Assembly (NCBI GenBank): GCA_023485405.1
Contig: JAMCZU010000002.1
Coordinates: 1-51,245, forward strand
Length of the DNA: 51,245 nucleotides
Direction of reading: 5' to 3'
From: Patescibacteria group bacterium
Lineage (GTDB): Bacteria; Patescibacteriota; UBA1384; UBA12157; JAENIV01
Shown: piece by piece, positions 10,071-19,536 of the stretch
How positions within the stretch are numbered: position 1 is the first letter of the stretch
How the letters are laid out: the number at the start of each line of letters is the position of its first letter
Position numbers and translations under genes: made by a program
The notes under the pieces: model-generated
The model's database searches: none
The model's input: the letters and a program-made list of their open reading frames with translations, nothing else
Told to the model about the DNA's origin: nothing

Positions 10071-10619
10071 ATGAAAATTTTCCGAAAAATTATTTTAATT
10101 TTTATCCCCATTTTTGTTTTAGCCTGTTTTGTAGTTTATTGGATCCAACCAAAATTTAGTCTCTGGCAGATGGACAAATCGATTATTTTAAAAAAACAAG
10201 AATTACCTCTTTTAACGATGTTTTTGCCAGCGCGTCAAAATAATATTTTTTTGGTTGAGAGTGGCTTGCCGCAGTTTGCGTTTGCGGGGCCCAAGTTGAC
10301 ACTTTTTAATGGACAATACCAGTATAAATTAAAAATTATCCCATCTTGTAGTAATAAGGATTTAGGCTTTATGGATGTGACCCGAAAAAATGGCAATCTT
10401 GGGCTAGGGGCGAAAGAAATTATCGCACAGAAACAAGGTGAAACACAGGTAGAATCACTTAATTTTGAAGCCGATAATGCCTCTGATTATGAATTTCGGC
10501 TGTACTCTAAAGGTGAGTGTTCATTTGAGATTAAAAAAATTTGGCTTGAACGTCAAAAAGTTGATTTTCGAGCTTTTTTTCAAACAGTTTGGCAAAAAGC
10601 CCAAAGTATTATAAAATAG
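10071..10619 (+). CDS. Hypothetical N-terminally membrane-anchored protein
   Basis: N-terminal TM helix, beta-rich remainder, operon position. Confidence 0.7.
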   Translation: MKIFRKIILIFIPIFVLACFVVYWIQPKFSLWQMDKSIILKKQELPLLTMFLPARQNNIFLVESGLPQFAFAGPKLTLFNGQYQYKLKIIPSCSNKDLGFMDVTRKNGNLGLGAKEIIAQKQGETQVESLNFEADNASDYEFRLYSKGECSFEIKKIWLERQKVDFRAFFQTVWQKAQSIIK

Positions 10620-10644
10620 ATGAGTAATAATTGAGGAGGTTTAA

Positions 10645-11661
10645 TTGAAAAAGTTTTTCATTATTTTTTTTGCTCTCGCAATTGGTATCGGAGGGGGATA
10701 TTTTGCCTATAGGTATTGGGGTAACAGTCATCGAAAAGAGCCATTTATGTGGGGTGTGACGATGGGTCCGTCGGATTTAGGTAATTATAAAGCCGAAATT
10801 TGGAATAAACAGGCTAAAGTGGCTAAAAACTTGGGAGTTGGTTGGATTAGGCTCAGATTTGATTCAGAAAATATCGATCCTTTTGGGCGTAACGATGAGG
10901 AAATTACTATTTTAGAATCTTATGGTTTACAGACAGTTCTGATTATTGAGCAAGATGTGCGTAATAAAGGCGGCGATAATTATAAGGATGGTTATAAAGA
11001 TGGCTCGACAATTGCCGCGCATTATAAAGGGAAAATCAAGTATTATCAAATCGCCAATGAGGGTGGTGGTGAGTCAATTAAGCAGCCAACAATGAATGGT
11101 CAGGATGAATCTCAGTTTGACCAAACCAAATATCAAAAAATAGCCGACTACATCCGAGGAGCCTCAGAAGGGATCGCTTCAGCTGATCCTGGCGCCAAAA
11201 GAATTGTTAATTTGGGTTGGACCCACGTAGGTTATTTAGATAAATTAGTTAAAGATAAAATTCCTTTTGATATGATTGGGATTGATTGGTATGGTTGGAT
11301 GGGACCAATTGGTGAGAAGAAGTTGGAAAATGGCCAATTATTGGTAGATAGACTAAAAAGCTATAATAAACCTTTAATTTTTATGGAAGTTAACGCTGAC
11401 TCTCAGGGCAAAACGGTTTACGAAGAAAAACAATCGGAGTTTATTTCACAGATTGGTAAATGGGCCTATGAAAATCGAAGTTTCGTCAAAGGATTTTTTG
11501 TTTTGTCACTTTTTGACGGAGTTAACAATCCTAATGATAACGCTGAATATTTTGGTATTGTTCAAGCTAAAAAGAGTTCTGGTGGGACAATGGTACCTGG
11601 CGATCCTCGTAAGTCGTACTATACTTATCAGGAATTAATTAAAAAATATTCTGGACTATAA
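10645..11661 (+). CDS. Membrane-anchored clan GH-A glycoside hydrolase
   Basis: 'LGVGWIRL', acid/base 'QIANE', nucleophile 'KPLIFMEVN'; GAGGAGG before TTG. Confidence 0.75.
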   Translation: MKKFFIIFFALAIGIGGGYFAYRYWGNSHRKEPFMWGVTMGPSDLGNYKAEIWNKQAKVAKNLGVGWIRLRFDSENIDPFGRNDEEITILESYGLQTVLIIEQDVRNKGGDNYKDGYKDGSTIAAHYKGKIKYYQIANEGGGESIKQPTMNGQDESQFDQTKYQKIADYIRGASEGIASADPGAKRIVNLGWTHVGYLDKLVKDKIPFDMIGIDWYGWMGPIGEKKLENGQLLVDRLKSYNKPLIFMEVNADSQGKTVYEEKQSEFISQIGKWAYENRSFVKGFFVLSLFDGVNNPNDNAEYFGIVQAKKSSGGTMVPGDPRKSYYTYQELIKKYSGL

Positions 11662-12540
11662 AAATATTTTTCGCTCTAATAATTTTTTCCCGCGATTAAA
11701 TATACCAGATATTTCCTCTTGGGTTAATAGTTCTGAGAGAGTGTTTCGTAATGTTTTTTCGTTGTCTCTTAATATTTCTAATTTTGCCTGTAATTCTTTT
11801 GGCAAAGGAATGTTTTTAAGAGTTGGTGGATCGGCAGAGTTATCGTAAGCAATCATAAGTCTTGGACCTTTGATAGCAAATTGTGAAGCAAATTCTTCAT
11901 CAAAAAAAGTTAAAGAATGGTCAATTGCTTTTAGTCGTCTTTCTTTGACATTTTCTTCCCAAACAAGATTAGATTTTCGTCGATCGAGATTTTGAATAAT
12001 ATAGTCAAAAAGAGCAAGTTCTTCTAATGTTTTTTGGTTACTAAGTGCTTGGTCAGTTTCTTCGTCTGAAAGTGATTCTAACGATTCTCCCCAAATAAAT
12101 GGTCGGACTGACCCTTCTCCTTCGCCTAATGATCTAATAACTACTGGCATAGCAATATGATTTAATTCCAAGCTTTTAGCGACTTCCCATGTTGCAGCTT
12201 CTTTTTTCATGTAAGGGCTCGACTTTTCTGGTAATTGAGGTAAAAGACTTTTGTCTGTGCCTTTACTGATGCCACTTTCAGGTTTGTAAACGACTAATAG
12301 TTTTTTATTTTCTCCAGGAATAGCAATTTCAACTTCTAAGAGCAAATCATGATGTGCTTCTCCTATTAAGACGCGATCGGCATGTTTTGGTATTTTGGCA
12401 AAATGTTCTTCAATCGGTCGAACGTTTAAAATTTCTCCTTCTTTCATAATTTTTTCAAGTGAAGTTGGTTCAACTTTTTCCGGATTAAGATATTGTTCAT
12501 TAGTAATTTCCTCTTCTGAAGGTTGTAATTCTGGATTCAT
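11656..12540 (-). CDS. PI3/PI4-kinase-like protein (SCO1664/HipA-like atypical kinase)
   Basis: 'VYKP', 'KEAATW', 'FDYIIQNLDRRKSN', 'AIDHSLTF'. Confidence 0.8.
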   Translation of the reverse strand: MNPELQPSEEEITNEQYLNPEKVEPTSLEKIMKEGEILNVRPIEEHFAKIPKHADRVLIGEAHHDLLLEVEIAIPGENKKLLVVYKPESGISKGTDKSLLPQLPEKSSPYMKKEAATWEVAKSLELNHIAMPVVIRSLGEGEGSVRPFIWGESLESLSDEETDQALSNQKTLEELALFDYIIQNLDRRKSNLVWEENVKERRLKAIDHSLTFFDEEFASQFAIKGPRLMIAYDNSADPPTLKNIPLPKELQAKLEILRDNEKTLRNTLSELLTQEEISGIFNRGKKLLERKIFL

Positions 12541-12619
12541 TTTTTCCTTTCTTGTTTTAGTTTAATTAAAAATTAACTAATCTTCAAATTCAACTTATTA
12601 TCTGGTATACTCAAATCAG

Positions 12620-14062
12620 ATGAAAGATCAATTTTCAAGAAATTTTTTGATTGCATTATTTGGCGCTCTTTTGGCAGTCGCCGTGGGTTTTTTAATTGCT
12701 AAAACCGCTTTTTTGGGGTTATTAATTATTCCTCTGGCAGTTATCGCTCTAATTATTGTTTATCTGGTTGTTCGGTCGCCTGAACTTGGTTGGCTTTTGA
12801 TTGTTTTCTTTTTACCCTTTGAAAGAGTACCTTCCTATGAAATAGGGGGAATTAATCTTAAAATCAACACCTTTTTGGGATTTCTAACCTTAATTGCCTG
12901 GATTTTAGCGTTAATGTTCAAAGGTAAAAAATACAAAGTTCAACCAAATTTTCTCAGCATTCCACTGTTTTTATTTGTCATGGCATTATTGCTTTCACTT
13001 GCTCAAGCAGTTAATTTTTCTCGAGCTGTTTCAGTTTTAATCTTTACTATATTTACAATTATTCTTTCAATTATGGCGGTTAATATGGTTTATTCAAAGG
13101 AAACTTTGCGTAAAACGATTTTAGTTTTATTTTTTTCGGCGTTAGTAGTGAGTCTTTTTGGATTGTTTCAGTTTGGCGGTGATGTGGTAGGATTGCCACA
13201 ATCCTTAACCCTTTTAAAAGAAGGATACACTTCCGTTGTTTTCGGGTTTCCCAGGGTGCAGGCTTTTTCAATGGAACCCTTATACTTTGCTAATTATCTT
13301 TTAATCCCCATTAGTGTTGGTTTAGCTCTTTTTATCAATCGAGTGGAGCCAATCAAACGATGGTGGATGGCTGGTTTAATCGGTTTAATCTTATTGAATT
13401 TCATTTTAACTGTTTCACGAGGTGGTTATTTGGGATTAATCGGCTCATTTTTAGTTTTAGGATTTTTGCTTTTTAAAAAGCTATTTAATTGGAAAACAAT
13501 TTTAATTGGCTTAGTGACAGTGATTATTGTTATTTACGGGGTGGCTTTTGCTCTGTCAAAAGGCGAAACTCGTGCCACAATTGAATTTTTAGGTCATATT
13601 CAGCTTCAAGATATAAATAATGGAGAATCGGTCGCGGGTAGATTGATTACCTTTAAACAAGGAATGCAAGCTTTTTACACCAGTCCTATTTTTGGCATTG
13701 GCCCGGGCAATTATGGTCCGTGGGCGACATTTTACCCGGACGCACGACCAATAACTGGTTGGCCGATCGTTAATAATGAATTTATCGAAATTTTGGCTGA
13801 AACTGGGCTGGTTGGGATGATTACTTTTTCTTTATTGATCTTATTTTTGAGTGTCAGGACTTTTATGGCTTTAAAATACGCCCATGATGTTTTTCTAAGA
13901 TCCGTCTTAATTGGACTTTTCGCCGCTTTTGTTGGAATCTTAATTCAGTATAATTTTATGTCAACTCTTTATATAATCCATGTATGGGTGTTGATAGGAT
14001 TATTGGTAGCGGTGCAGAATATTATATTAAAATCAAAAATTAAAAATCAAATATCAAAATGA
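12620..14062 (+). CDS. O-antigen ligase-like (Wzy_C) membrane protein
   Basis: 'RVQAFSMEP', 'LTVSRGG', 'PIFGIGPGNY', 'AETGLVG'. Confidence 0.88.
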   Translation: MKDQFSRNFLIALFGALLAVAVGFLIAKTAFLGLLIIPLAVIALIIVYLVVRSPELGWLLIVFFLPFERVPSYEIGGINLKINTFLGFLTLIAWILALMFKGKKYKVQPNFLSIPLFLFVMALLLSLAQAVNFSRAVSVLIFTIFTIILSIMAVNMVYSKETLRKTILVLFFSALVVSLFGLFQFGGDVVGLPQSLTLLKEGYTSVVFGFPRVQAFSMEPLYFANYLLIPISVGLALFINRVEPIKRWWMAGLIGLILLNFILTVSRGGYLGLIGSFLVLGFLLFKKLFNWKTILIGLVTVIIVIYGVAFALSKGETRATIEFLGHIQLQDINNGESVAGRLITFKQGMQAFYTSPIFGIGPGNYGPWATFYPDARPITGWPIVNNEFIEILAETGLVGMITFSLLILFLSVRTFMALKYAHDVFLRSVLIGLFAAFVGILIQYNFMSTLYIIHVWVLIGLLVAVQNIILKSKIKNQISK

Positions 14063-14137
14063 AAATTTAAAATTCAAAAATAATTCTTTTTACATTATTC
14101 TTTGTCATTTTGATTTTTGATATTTGCATTTTGCATT
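14026..14137. repeat. AT-rich heptamer inverted-repeat element
   Basis: AAATCAA-like units on the left, TTTTGAT/TTTGCAT units on the right; overlaps the stop of 12620..14062. Confidence 0.7.
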
Positions 14138-14143
14138 AACATT

Positions 14144-15325
14144 ATGATTTATTTAATTTCTTTAATCTTACTATTACTGCCGACTTACTTAATTCGTTTT
14201 TCGATATTTAATATTCCAACGACTTTTTTGGAAATTTTAATATACATTATTTTTATTTATGGTCTTTTTAGGGCTCGAAAGACAGGTTTTAGAGCGATTT
14301 CCTTAAAAATTATTTTGCCAATCGTGCTTTTAATTATTGCCTTGACTATTTCAACTGTTGTTTCCCCTGATAAAAGAGCGGCTTTAGGTGAATTTAAAGG
14401 TTTTTTTATTGATCCTATTTTGGTTTTCTGGCTTATTTTTCAATTTGTCAAAGAAAAAGATTTACCTAAAGTTTTTTGGAGTTTAATTTTTTCTGGAACT
14501 TTTGTGGCGGTTCACACCATTATTCAGAAATTATTAGGCAATACTACTTCTGATGGGCGGGTAATTGGCATTTTTGGCTATTCACCAAACTTTGTGGCTT
14601 TATTTTTGGCACCAATTACGGTTTTAGTTGCGGCTTATGGATTTCAATTCATGATTCAAAAACGGTGGTTTTTAAGTATTAGTGCTTGGTTATTAGTTAT
14701 TTTAAATTTTATTGCCATTTATTTTTCTGGGAGTCGTGGAGGAATTTTGGCCATTGCTGCCGGCCTTGGTATTTATGTAATTTTAAACTTTTGGAGCTGG
14801 ATTAAAACGCGACTTTCGGCCCAAATTATGATTGGTATTTTAATTATTATGGCTATTTATACTTCATGGATATTATTTCGGCCAGATTTTACGGTGACCC
14901 AAACTTCCGGTGGTCGGGTAGCAACTTCTAATAATTTACGTTGGCAGATTTGGGAGACTTCTTTAGAAATGATTAAAAATCACCCGATTTTAGGAGTAGG
15001 TTTGGGTAATTTTCAAAATGCTTTTTCGGAATTGACCAAGAATCGAGGTAATTTTCCGGAATATATTACCCCGCAGGCGGCTACGCCACACAATATTTTT
15101 CTGATGTTTTACCTTGCAACCGGTATTTTGGGTCTAGTTGCTTTTCTTTGGCTCTTGGTTTTATTTTTCCGCGAAGGCTTAAAAAAACTAAATTCAAAAT
15201 CGGTCGTGATTATGTTGGCGGTCCTTTTTTCAATCATTGCCTACGGTTTAATTGAATCTTCTATTTGGAAGAATGATCTAAGTATTATTTTTTGGACAAT
15301 GGGGGGACTAATTTGGATTATTTAA
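14144..15325 (+). CDS. O-antigen ligase-like (Wzy_C) membrane protein
   Basis: 'SPNFVA', 'SGSRGG', 'PILGVGLGNF', 'PHNIFL'; ATG 14144 preferred over TTG 14117, which lies inside the repeat. Confidence 0.9.
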   Translation: MIYLISLILLLLPTYLIRFSIFNIPTTFLEILIYIIFIYGLFRARKTGFRAISLKIILPIVLLIIALTISTVVSPDKRAALGEFKGFFIDPILVFWLIFQFVKEKDLPKVFWSLIFSGTFVAVHTIIQKLLGNTTSDGRVIGIFGYSPNFVALFLAPITVLVAAYGFQFMIQKRWFLSISAWLLVILNFIAIYFSGSRGGILAIAAGLGIYVILNFWSWIKTRLSAQIMIGILIIMAIYTSWILFRPDFTVTQTSGGRVATSNNLRWQIWETSLEMIKNHPILGVGLGNFQNAFSELTKNRGNFPEYITPQAATPHNIFLMFYLATGILGLVAFLWLLVLFFREGLKKLNSKSVVIMLAVLFSIIAYGLIESSIWKNDLSIIFWTMGGLIWII

Positions 15326-16986
15326 AACAAAACTTTGAAAAATTTGCTTTAGTTTTTATTCTTCTTATCTCTTTAACCCTGATGATTTTTTCGAGTGCTT
15401 CAGATTCCCTGACTGTTGATGAAAAAGTTCATATTTCGGCGGGTTATCTTCACACTTGGAAGGGAAATTATCTTTTTAACAGCGAGCATCCACCGCTTTT
15501 AAATGATTTGGCAGGGTTTTTTGCTCGGGCGGCTAAGCCAAATGTACCAGCCGTGCCAGCAAATTTTACTGGTGGAGACCAGTGGGAATATGGCGACATG
15601 TTTTTTTATTTGTCGGGCAATAACATTGATAAGCTTATTTTCTGGGCCCGCCTACCTTTTATTTTCTTAACTTTAGGTTTAATTTATCTGGTTTTTTTAT
15701 GGGCAAAAACGCTTTTTGGCGCGAAAGCAGGCTTGGTAGCGGCCACTTTAACTGCTTTTTCACCCAATATCTTAGCCCACGGTCGTTTGGCTACCACCGA
15801 TATTGGAGTGACTTTTTTCTTTCTTTTAACCTGCTGGGCCATACGTAAATATTACCTAAAACCAAATGTTAAAAACGCCGTATTTTTAGGACTAGCTGTG
15901 GCTTTAGTTTTACTTTCAAAGTTTTCTGGTTTAGTTATTTTGCCAATTGTTTTTTTAAGTCTTATGCTTTTGTGGTTTTTGAAAAAACCAAAATTTACTA
16001 CTTCTTTAGGTCAATTTCTTTTGATTTTAGCAATTCCATTAGTTTTGGTTTGGGGAACTTACGCCTTTTCGATGCGTTCCGATTTAATTTCTTTGCCACC
16101 GGTCTATATTACATCTAAAATATTAGGTTACAAGAATCTTTCTTCTCCATTGTCAAAGTGGTTAATTGTTCCTTATGACAAAGCTATTCAAGGTTTCGAA
16201 ATTCTTTCTGACCACAATACCTCTGGTCATTGGGCCTATCTTAACGGCGAGGTGGGTTACAATGGTTGGTGGTACTATTTTCCCTTGGTGATGCTTTACA
16301 AATTACCTTTGACGGAAATTATTTTATTAGCTTTAACGATATTTATATTTTGGAAAGTAAAGCTTCGTCCACCAGGCAGTTGGTTTGATTATTTTATCCT
16401 CTTTTTCCCACCCTTATTATTTTTGGCTATCTCGATGATTGGTCGAATTGACATTGGGATTCGTCATATTTTACCCATTTTGCCATTTTTCTATATTTTT
16501 ATAAGTAGCCTAGCTAATTTTAAAAATAAGATTTTTCAAAAATTAATATTTGTTTTGGTGGGAATCGAAGTAATAATTTGTATTCTAGCCTTTCCCAATT
16601 ATCTAACCTATTTTAATCAGATTGCCGGCGGAGCAAAAGGTGGAATTAAGCATCTTTCTGATTCAAATTTAGACTGGAATCAGAATATGAAAAGATTTGG
16701 GATTTATGCCAAAGAAAACAATATTAAAAAAGTTTATGAACTTTGTTGGGATGGGTATAGTTTTTCTGCTCAAGGGGTTCAAGCGGAAATTTTACCTGCC
16801 TCGCCTGACGCGAGTCAAGGCGGGCCTAATTCGCCGGTTAAAGGTGTGGTGGTCATTTGCGCTCAACAGATGGTGGTGCCGCCGGATGATTTTGACTTTG
16901 GGTGGGTTACAAAACATCCGCCGGATACGGTGGTGGGGAACGCGATGTATGTTTGGCGGTTTGATAAAATGCCTGATATAAATTAA
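15313..16986 (+). CDS. GT39/ArnT-like glycosyltransferase (paralog 1)
   Basis: 'TVDEKVHI..GY', 'EHPPL', 'LATTD', 'SDSNLDW'; likely TTG start after GGGGGA. Confidence 0.85.
   Translation: MDYLKQNFEKFALVFILLISLTLMIFSSASDSLTVDEKVHISAGYLHTWKGNYLFNSEHPPLLNDLAGFFARAAKPNVPAVPANFTGGDQWEYGDMFFYLSGNNIDKLIFWARLPFIFLTLGLIYLVFLWAKTLFGAKAGLVAATLTAFSPNILAHGRLATTDIGVTFFFLLTCWAIRKYYLKPNVKNAVFLGLAVALVLLSKFSGLVILPIVFLSLMLLWFLKKPKFTTSLGQFLLILAIPLVLVWGTYAFSMRSDLISLPPVYITSKILGYKNLSSPLSKWLIVPYDKAIQGFEILSDHNTSGHWAYLNGEVGYNGWWYYFPLVMLYKLPLTEIILLALTIFIFWKVKLRPPGSWFDYFILFFPPLLFLAISMIGRIDIGIRHILPILPFFYIFISSLANFKNKIFQKLIFVLVGIEVIICILAFPNYLTYFNQIAGGAKGGIKHLSDSNLDWNQNMKRFGIYAKENNIKKVYELCWDGYSFSAQGVQAEILPASPDASQGGPNSPVKGVVVICAQQMVVPPDDFDFGWVTKHPPDTVVGNAMYVWRFDKMPDIN
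16795..16827. repeat. 30-nt GC hairpin insertion within CDS, flanked by CCT
   Basis: CCT-GCCTCGCCTGAC-GCGA-GTCAAGGCGGG-CCT; absent from the paralog. Confidence 0.75.
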
Positions 16987-17072
16987 TAATTTTCAATTTT
17001 AAATTTCAAATCAATTTTAAAATTCGAATTTCGAATTTGAATTAAAATTCTAAATTTAAAATTTGAAATTTA
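16987..17072. repeat. AT-rich heptamer inverted-repeat element
   Basis: AATTTTC/AATTTTA/AATTTCA-AATCAA ... AAATTCT/AAATTTA/AAATTTG. Confidence 0.75.
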
Positions 17073-17078
17073 TATTAT

Positions 17079-18674
17079 ATGATCTTAAATTTTCTAAAAA
17101 AATATTGGATTGCTGGAGTACTAGGTATAATTATCCTTGTCTCATTTTTGTTAATGTTTTTTTCTGCCAAATCAGACTCGGTTACCAATGATGAAAAAGT
17201 ACACATCACAGCTGGTTATTTGCACGTTTGGAAAGGCAATTACCTTTTTAATAGCGAGCATCCACCTTTACTTAATGATTTGGCAGGCCTTTTTGCAAAA
17301 TTAGCTAGACCAAATTTACCAGAAAAACCGCTTTCTTCTTTTAATTCCGGGGCTGATCAATGGGAGCTTGCTGATCTTTTCTTTTATAACTCGGGAAATA
17401 ATGTTGATAAAATTGTTTTTTTTGCGAGATTACCTTTTATTTTCTTAACTTTAGGTTTAATTTATCTGGTTTTTTTATGGGCAAAAACGCTTTTTGGTGC
17501 AAAAGCAGGCCTGGTAGCGGCCACTTTAACTGCTTTTTCACCCAATATTTTAGCGCACGGTCGTTTGGCCACCACCGATATTGGGGTGACTTTTTTCTTT
17601 CTTTTGACTTGTTGGTTACTCAGAAAATATTATTTGAAATCAACTTGGCAAAATGCTTTATGGCTAAGTTTAGGTATTAGCTTTGTGCTTTTAGCCAAAT
17701 TTTCTGGAGTAATTATTTTGCCGGTGATTTTTTTAGGGTTGATATTTCTTTGGATTAATAAAAGACCAAAACTTCTTCTATTTTTAGGACAAATTTTTAT
17801 TTTAATCATTTTGCCAATTATGATGATTTGGGCTCTTTATATTTTTTCCTCGCGAGAAAACTTAATAAATTCCTCAGCACTAATAATGCCTTTTAAACAG
17901 TTTGTTATCGGTTTAAAAACAATCATAAATCATAATAGCCAAGGACATCTGACTTATCTTAATGGCAAGTTAAGTAATCAAGGTTGGTGGTATTATTTTC
18001 CCTTAGTTCTATGGTATAAAATGACTTTGCCAGAACTAACATTATTGAGTTTTTCAATTGCTACTTTCTTCTTGATTGAAAAACCCAGAATCAATTCTTT
18101 TGACGAATTTTTAATTATTTTCCCACCCTTATTGTTTTTAGCTGTTTCAATGATTGGGCATATTGATATTGGCATTCGCCATATTTTAGTTCTTTTGCCG
18201 TTTTTTTATATTTTCATTAGCTATTTGGTTAACAATCAAGATCGTTCTTTGAAATTAATATTGCCAATATTAATTAGTGCTCAAGTAATAATTTGTATTC
18301 TAGCCTTTCCGAATTATATTGCTTATTTTAATCAAATTGCCGGTGGAGCAAAAGGTGGAATTAAGCATCTTTCTGATTCAAACTTGGATTGGGATCAAAA
18401 CATGAAAAGATTTAAAAAATATGTTCAAGAAAATAAAATCGAAAAAGTGTATGAAGATTTTTATAATGGCAATTCTTTAACTTATTATGGGATAAATTAC
18501 GACGATGTACCCAAAAAACCGATTAATGGTGTTGTGGCAATTTCGGCGCAATGGCTAGTAGTTTCCCGAGATAGATTCGATATTGGTTGGGTGAAGAAAT
18601 ATCCGCCTGATGAGATTATTTCTAATGGCATTTATATTTGGCGATTTGATCTAAAACCGGTAGAATTAAGATAG
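17079..18674 (+). CDS. GT39/ArnT-like glycosyltransferase (paralog 2)
   Basis: Same motifs as 15313..16986, including a 64-aa identical block. Confidence 0.85.
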   Translation: MILNFLKKYWIAGVLGIIILVSFLLMFFSAKSDSVTNDEKVHITAGYLHVWKGNYLFNSEHPPLLNDLAGLFAKLARPNLPEKPLSSFNSGADQWELADLFFYNSGNNVDKIVFFARLPFIFLTLGLIYLVFLWAKTLFGAKAGLVAATLTAFSPNILAHGRLATTDIGVTFFFLLTCWLLRKYYLKSTWQNALWLSLGISFVLLAKFSGVIILPVIFLGLIFLWINKRPKLLLFLGQIFILIILPIMMIWALYIFSSRENLINSSALIMPFKQFVIGLKTIINHNSQGHLTYLNGKLSNQGWWYYFPLVLWYKMTLPELTLLSFSIATFFLIEKPRINSFDEFLIIFPPLLFLAVSMIGHIDIGIRHILVLLPFFYIFISYLVNNQDRSLKLILPILISAQVIICILAFPNYIAYFNQIAGGAKGGIKHLSDSNLDWDQNMKRFKKYVQENKIEKVYEDFYNGNSLTYYGINYDDVPKKPINGVVAISAQWLVVSRDRFDIGWVKKYPPDEIISNGIYIWRFDLKPVELR

Positions 18675-18681
18675 GTTAAAT

Positions 18682-19473
18682 ATGTTTTTATCGGTTATTA
18701 TCCCGGCTTACAATGAGGAAAAGCGACTTCCAGCTACTTTGCAAAAAGTTCGGGATTATTTAGACCACCAAAATATCACCTACGAGGTGATAGTGGTTAA
18801 CGATGGTTCAACCGATGACACTTCCAAGGTGTCAGTGAGGTTAATTAAGGATTGGCCAAATTTTCGATTGATTGATAATAAAAAAAATCGGGGGAAAGGG
18901 GCGGTGGTAAAACTTGGGATACTTGAGGCCAAAGGTGATTGGCGGCTGTTTATGGATGCGGATGGGTCAACAGAAATATCAGAATTGGATAAATTCTGGC
19001 CATATGTTAAAAATTTCAAATTTCAAATTTCAAATTTCAAATCAATTTCAAAATTAGAATTTCAAAATTCGAGTTTGAATGAAAATTTATCATTTGAAAT
19101 CATCATAGGTTCAAGATATCTGGATAAAGATTCGATTAAAATTAAACAACCACTGAACCGAAGAATTGTTTCGCGGCTGGGCAATTTATTAGTGCGAATT
19201 TTATTGGGGATCAAGTCGGTTGATACTCAATGCGGGTTTAAATTGTTTTCGGCGCGCGCGACTGAAAAGATTTTCCCATTACAAACGATTACGCGTTGGG
19301 GTTTTGATATAGAAATTTTAGCCATTGCCATCAAAAAAGGTTATAAAATTAAAGAAGTGCCGGTTGATTGGCGCGATGCCGCAGGCTCACAAGTTAAAAA
19401 ATCCGCCGCTTTTAAGACTTTAAAAGAACTCATACAAATAAAGTGGAATATGTTAAAAGGGAAATACAAATAA
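18682..19473 (+). CDS. GT2 dolichyl-phosphate beta-glucosyltransferase-like protein
   Basis: 'IPAYNEEKRL', 'FMDADGST', 'DTQCGFKLF', 'WGFDIE'. Confidence 0.92.
   Translation: MFLSVIIPAYNEEKRLPATLQKVRDYLDHQNITYEVIVVNDGSTDDTSKVSVRLIKDWPNFRLIDNKKNRGKGAVVKLGILEAKGDWRLFMDADGSTEISELDKFWPYVKNFKFQISNFKSISKLEFQNSSLNENLSFEIIIGSRYLDKDSIKIKQPLNRRIVSRLGNLLVRILLGIKSVDTQCGFKLFSARATEKIFPLQTITRWGFDIEILAIAIKKGYKIKEVPVDWRDAAGSQVKKSAAFKTLKELIQIKWNMLKGKYK
18816..18837. repeat. 22-nt hairpin repeat TGACACTTCCAAGGTGTCAGTG, copy 1 (coding)
   Basis: Identical to 38027-38048. Confidence 0.75.
19011..19099. repeat. Heptamer inverted-repeat element inserted in frame
   Basis: (AAATTTC)x4 then AAATCAA; encodes FKFQISNFKSISKLEFQNSSLNENLS. 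Confidence 0.8.
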
Positions 19474-19483
19474 AATTTGGTAT

Positions 19484-19517
19484 AAAAAAAGCCCCCGGGA
19501 TAGAATCCTGGGGGCTT
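19484..19517 (-). terminator. Intrinsic terminator of the PEP-CTERM gene
   Basis: AAGCCCCCGGGAT-AGA-ATCCTGGGGGCTT with A7 on the + strand (U-tract on the - strand). Confidence 0.85.
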
Positions 19518-19536
19518 GTAAGAATGTGTAATATTT

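Noticed and set aside
15653-17497. Repeated segments as DGR template/variable repeats
   Set aside because: Differences are not adenine-specific, both copies are coding paralogs, and there is no reverse transcriptase in the window
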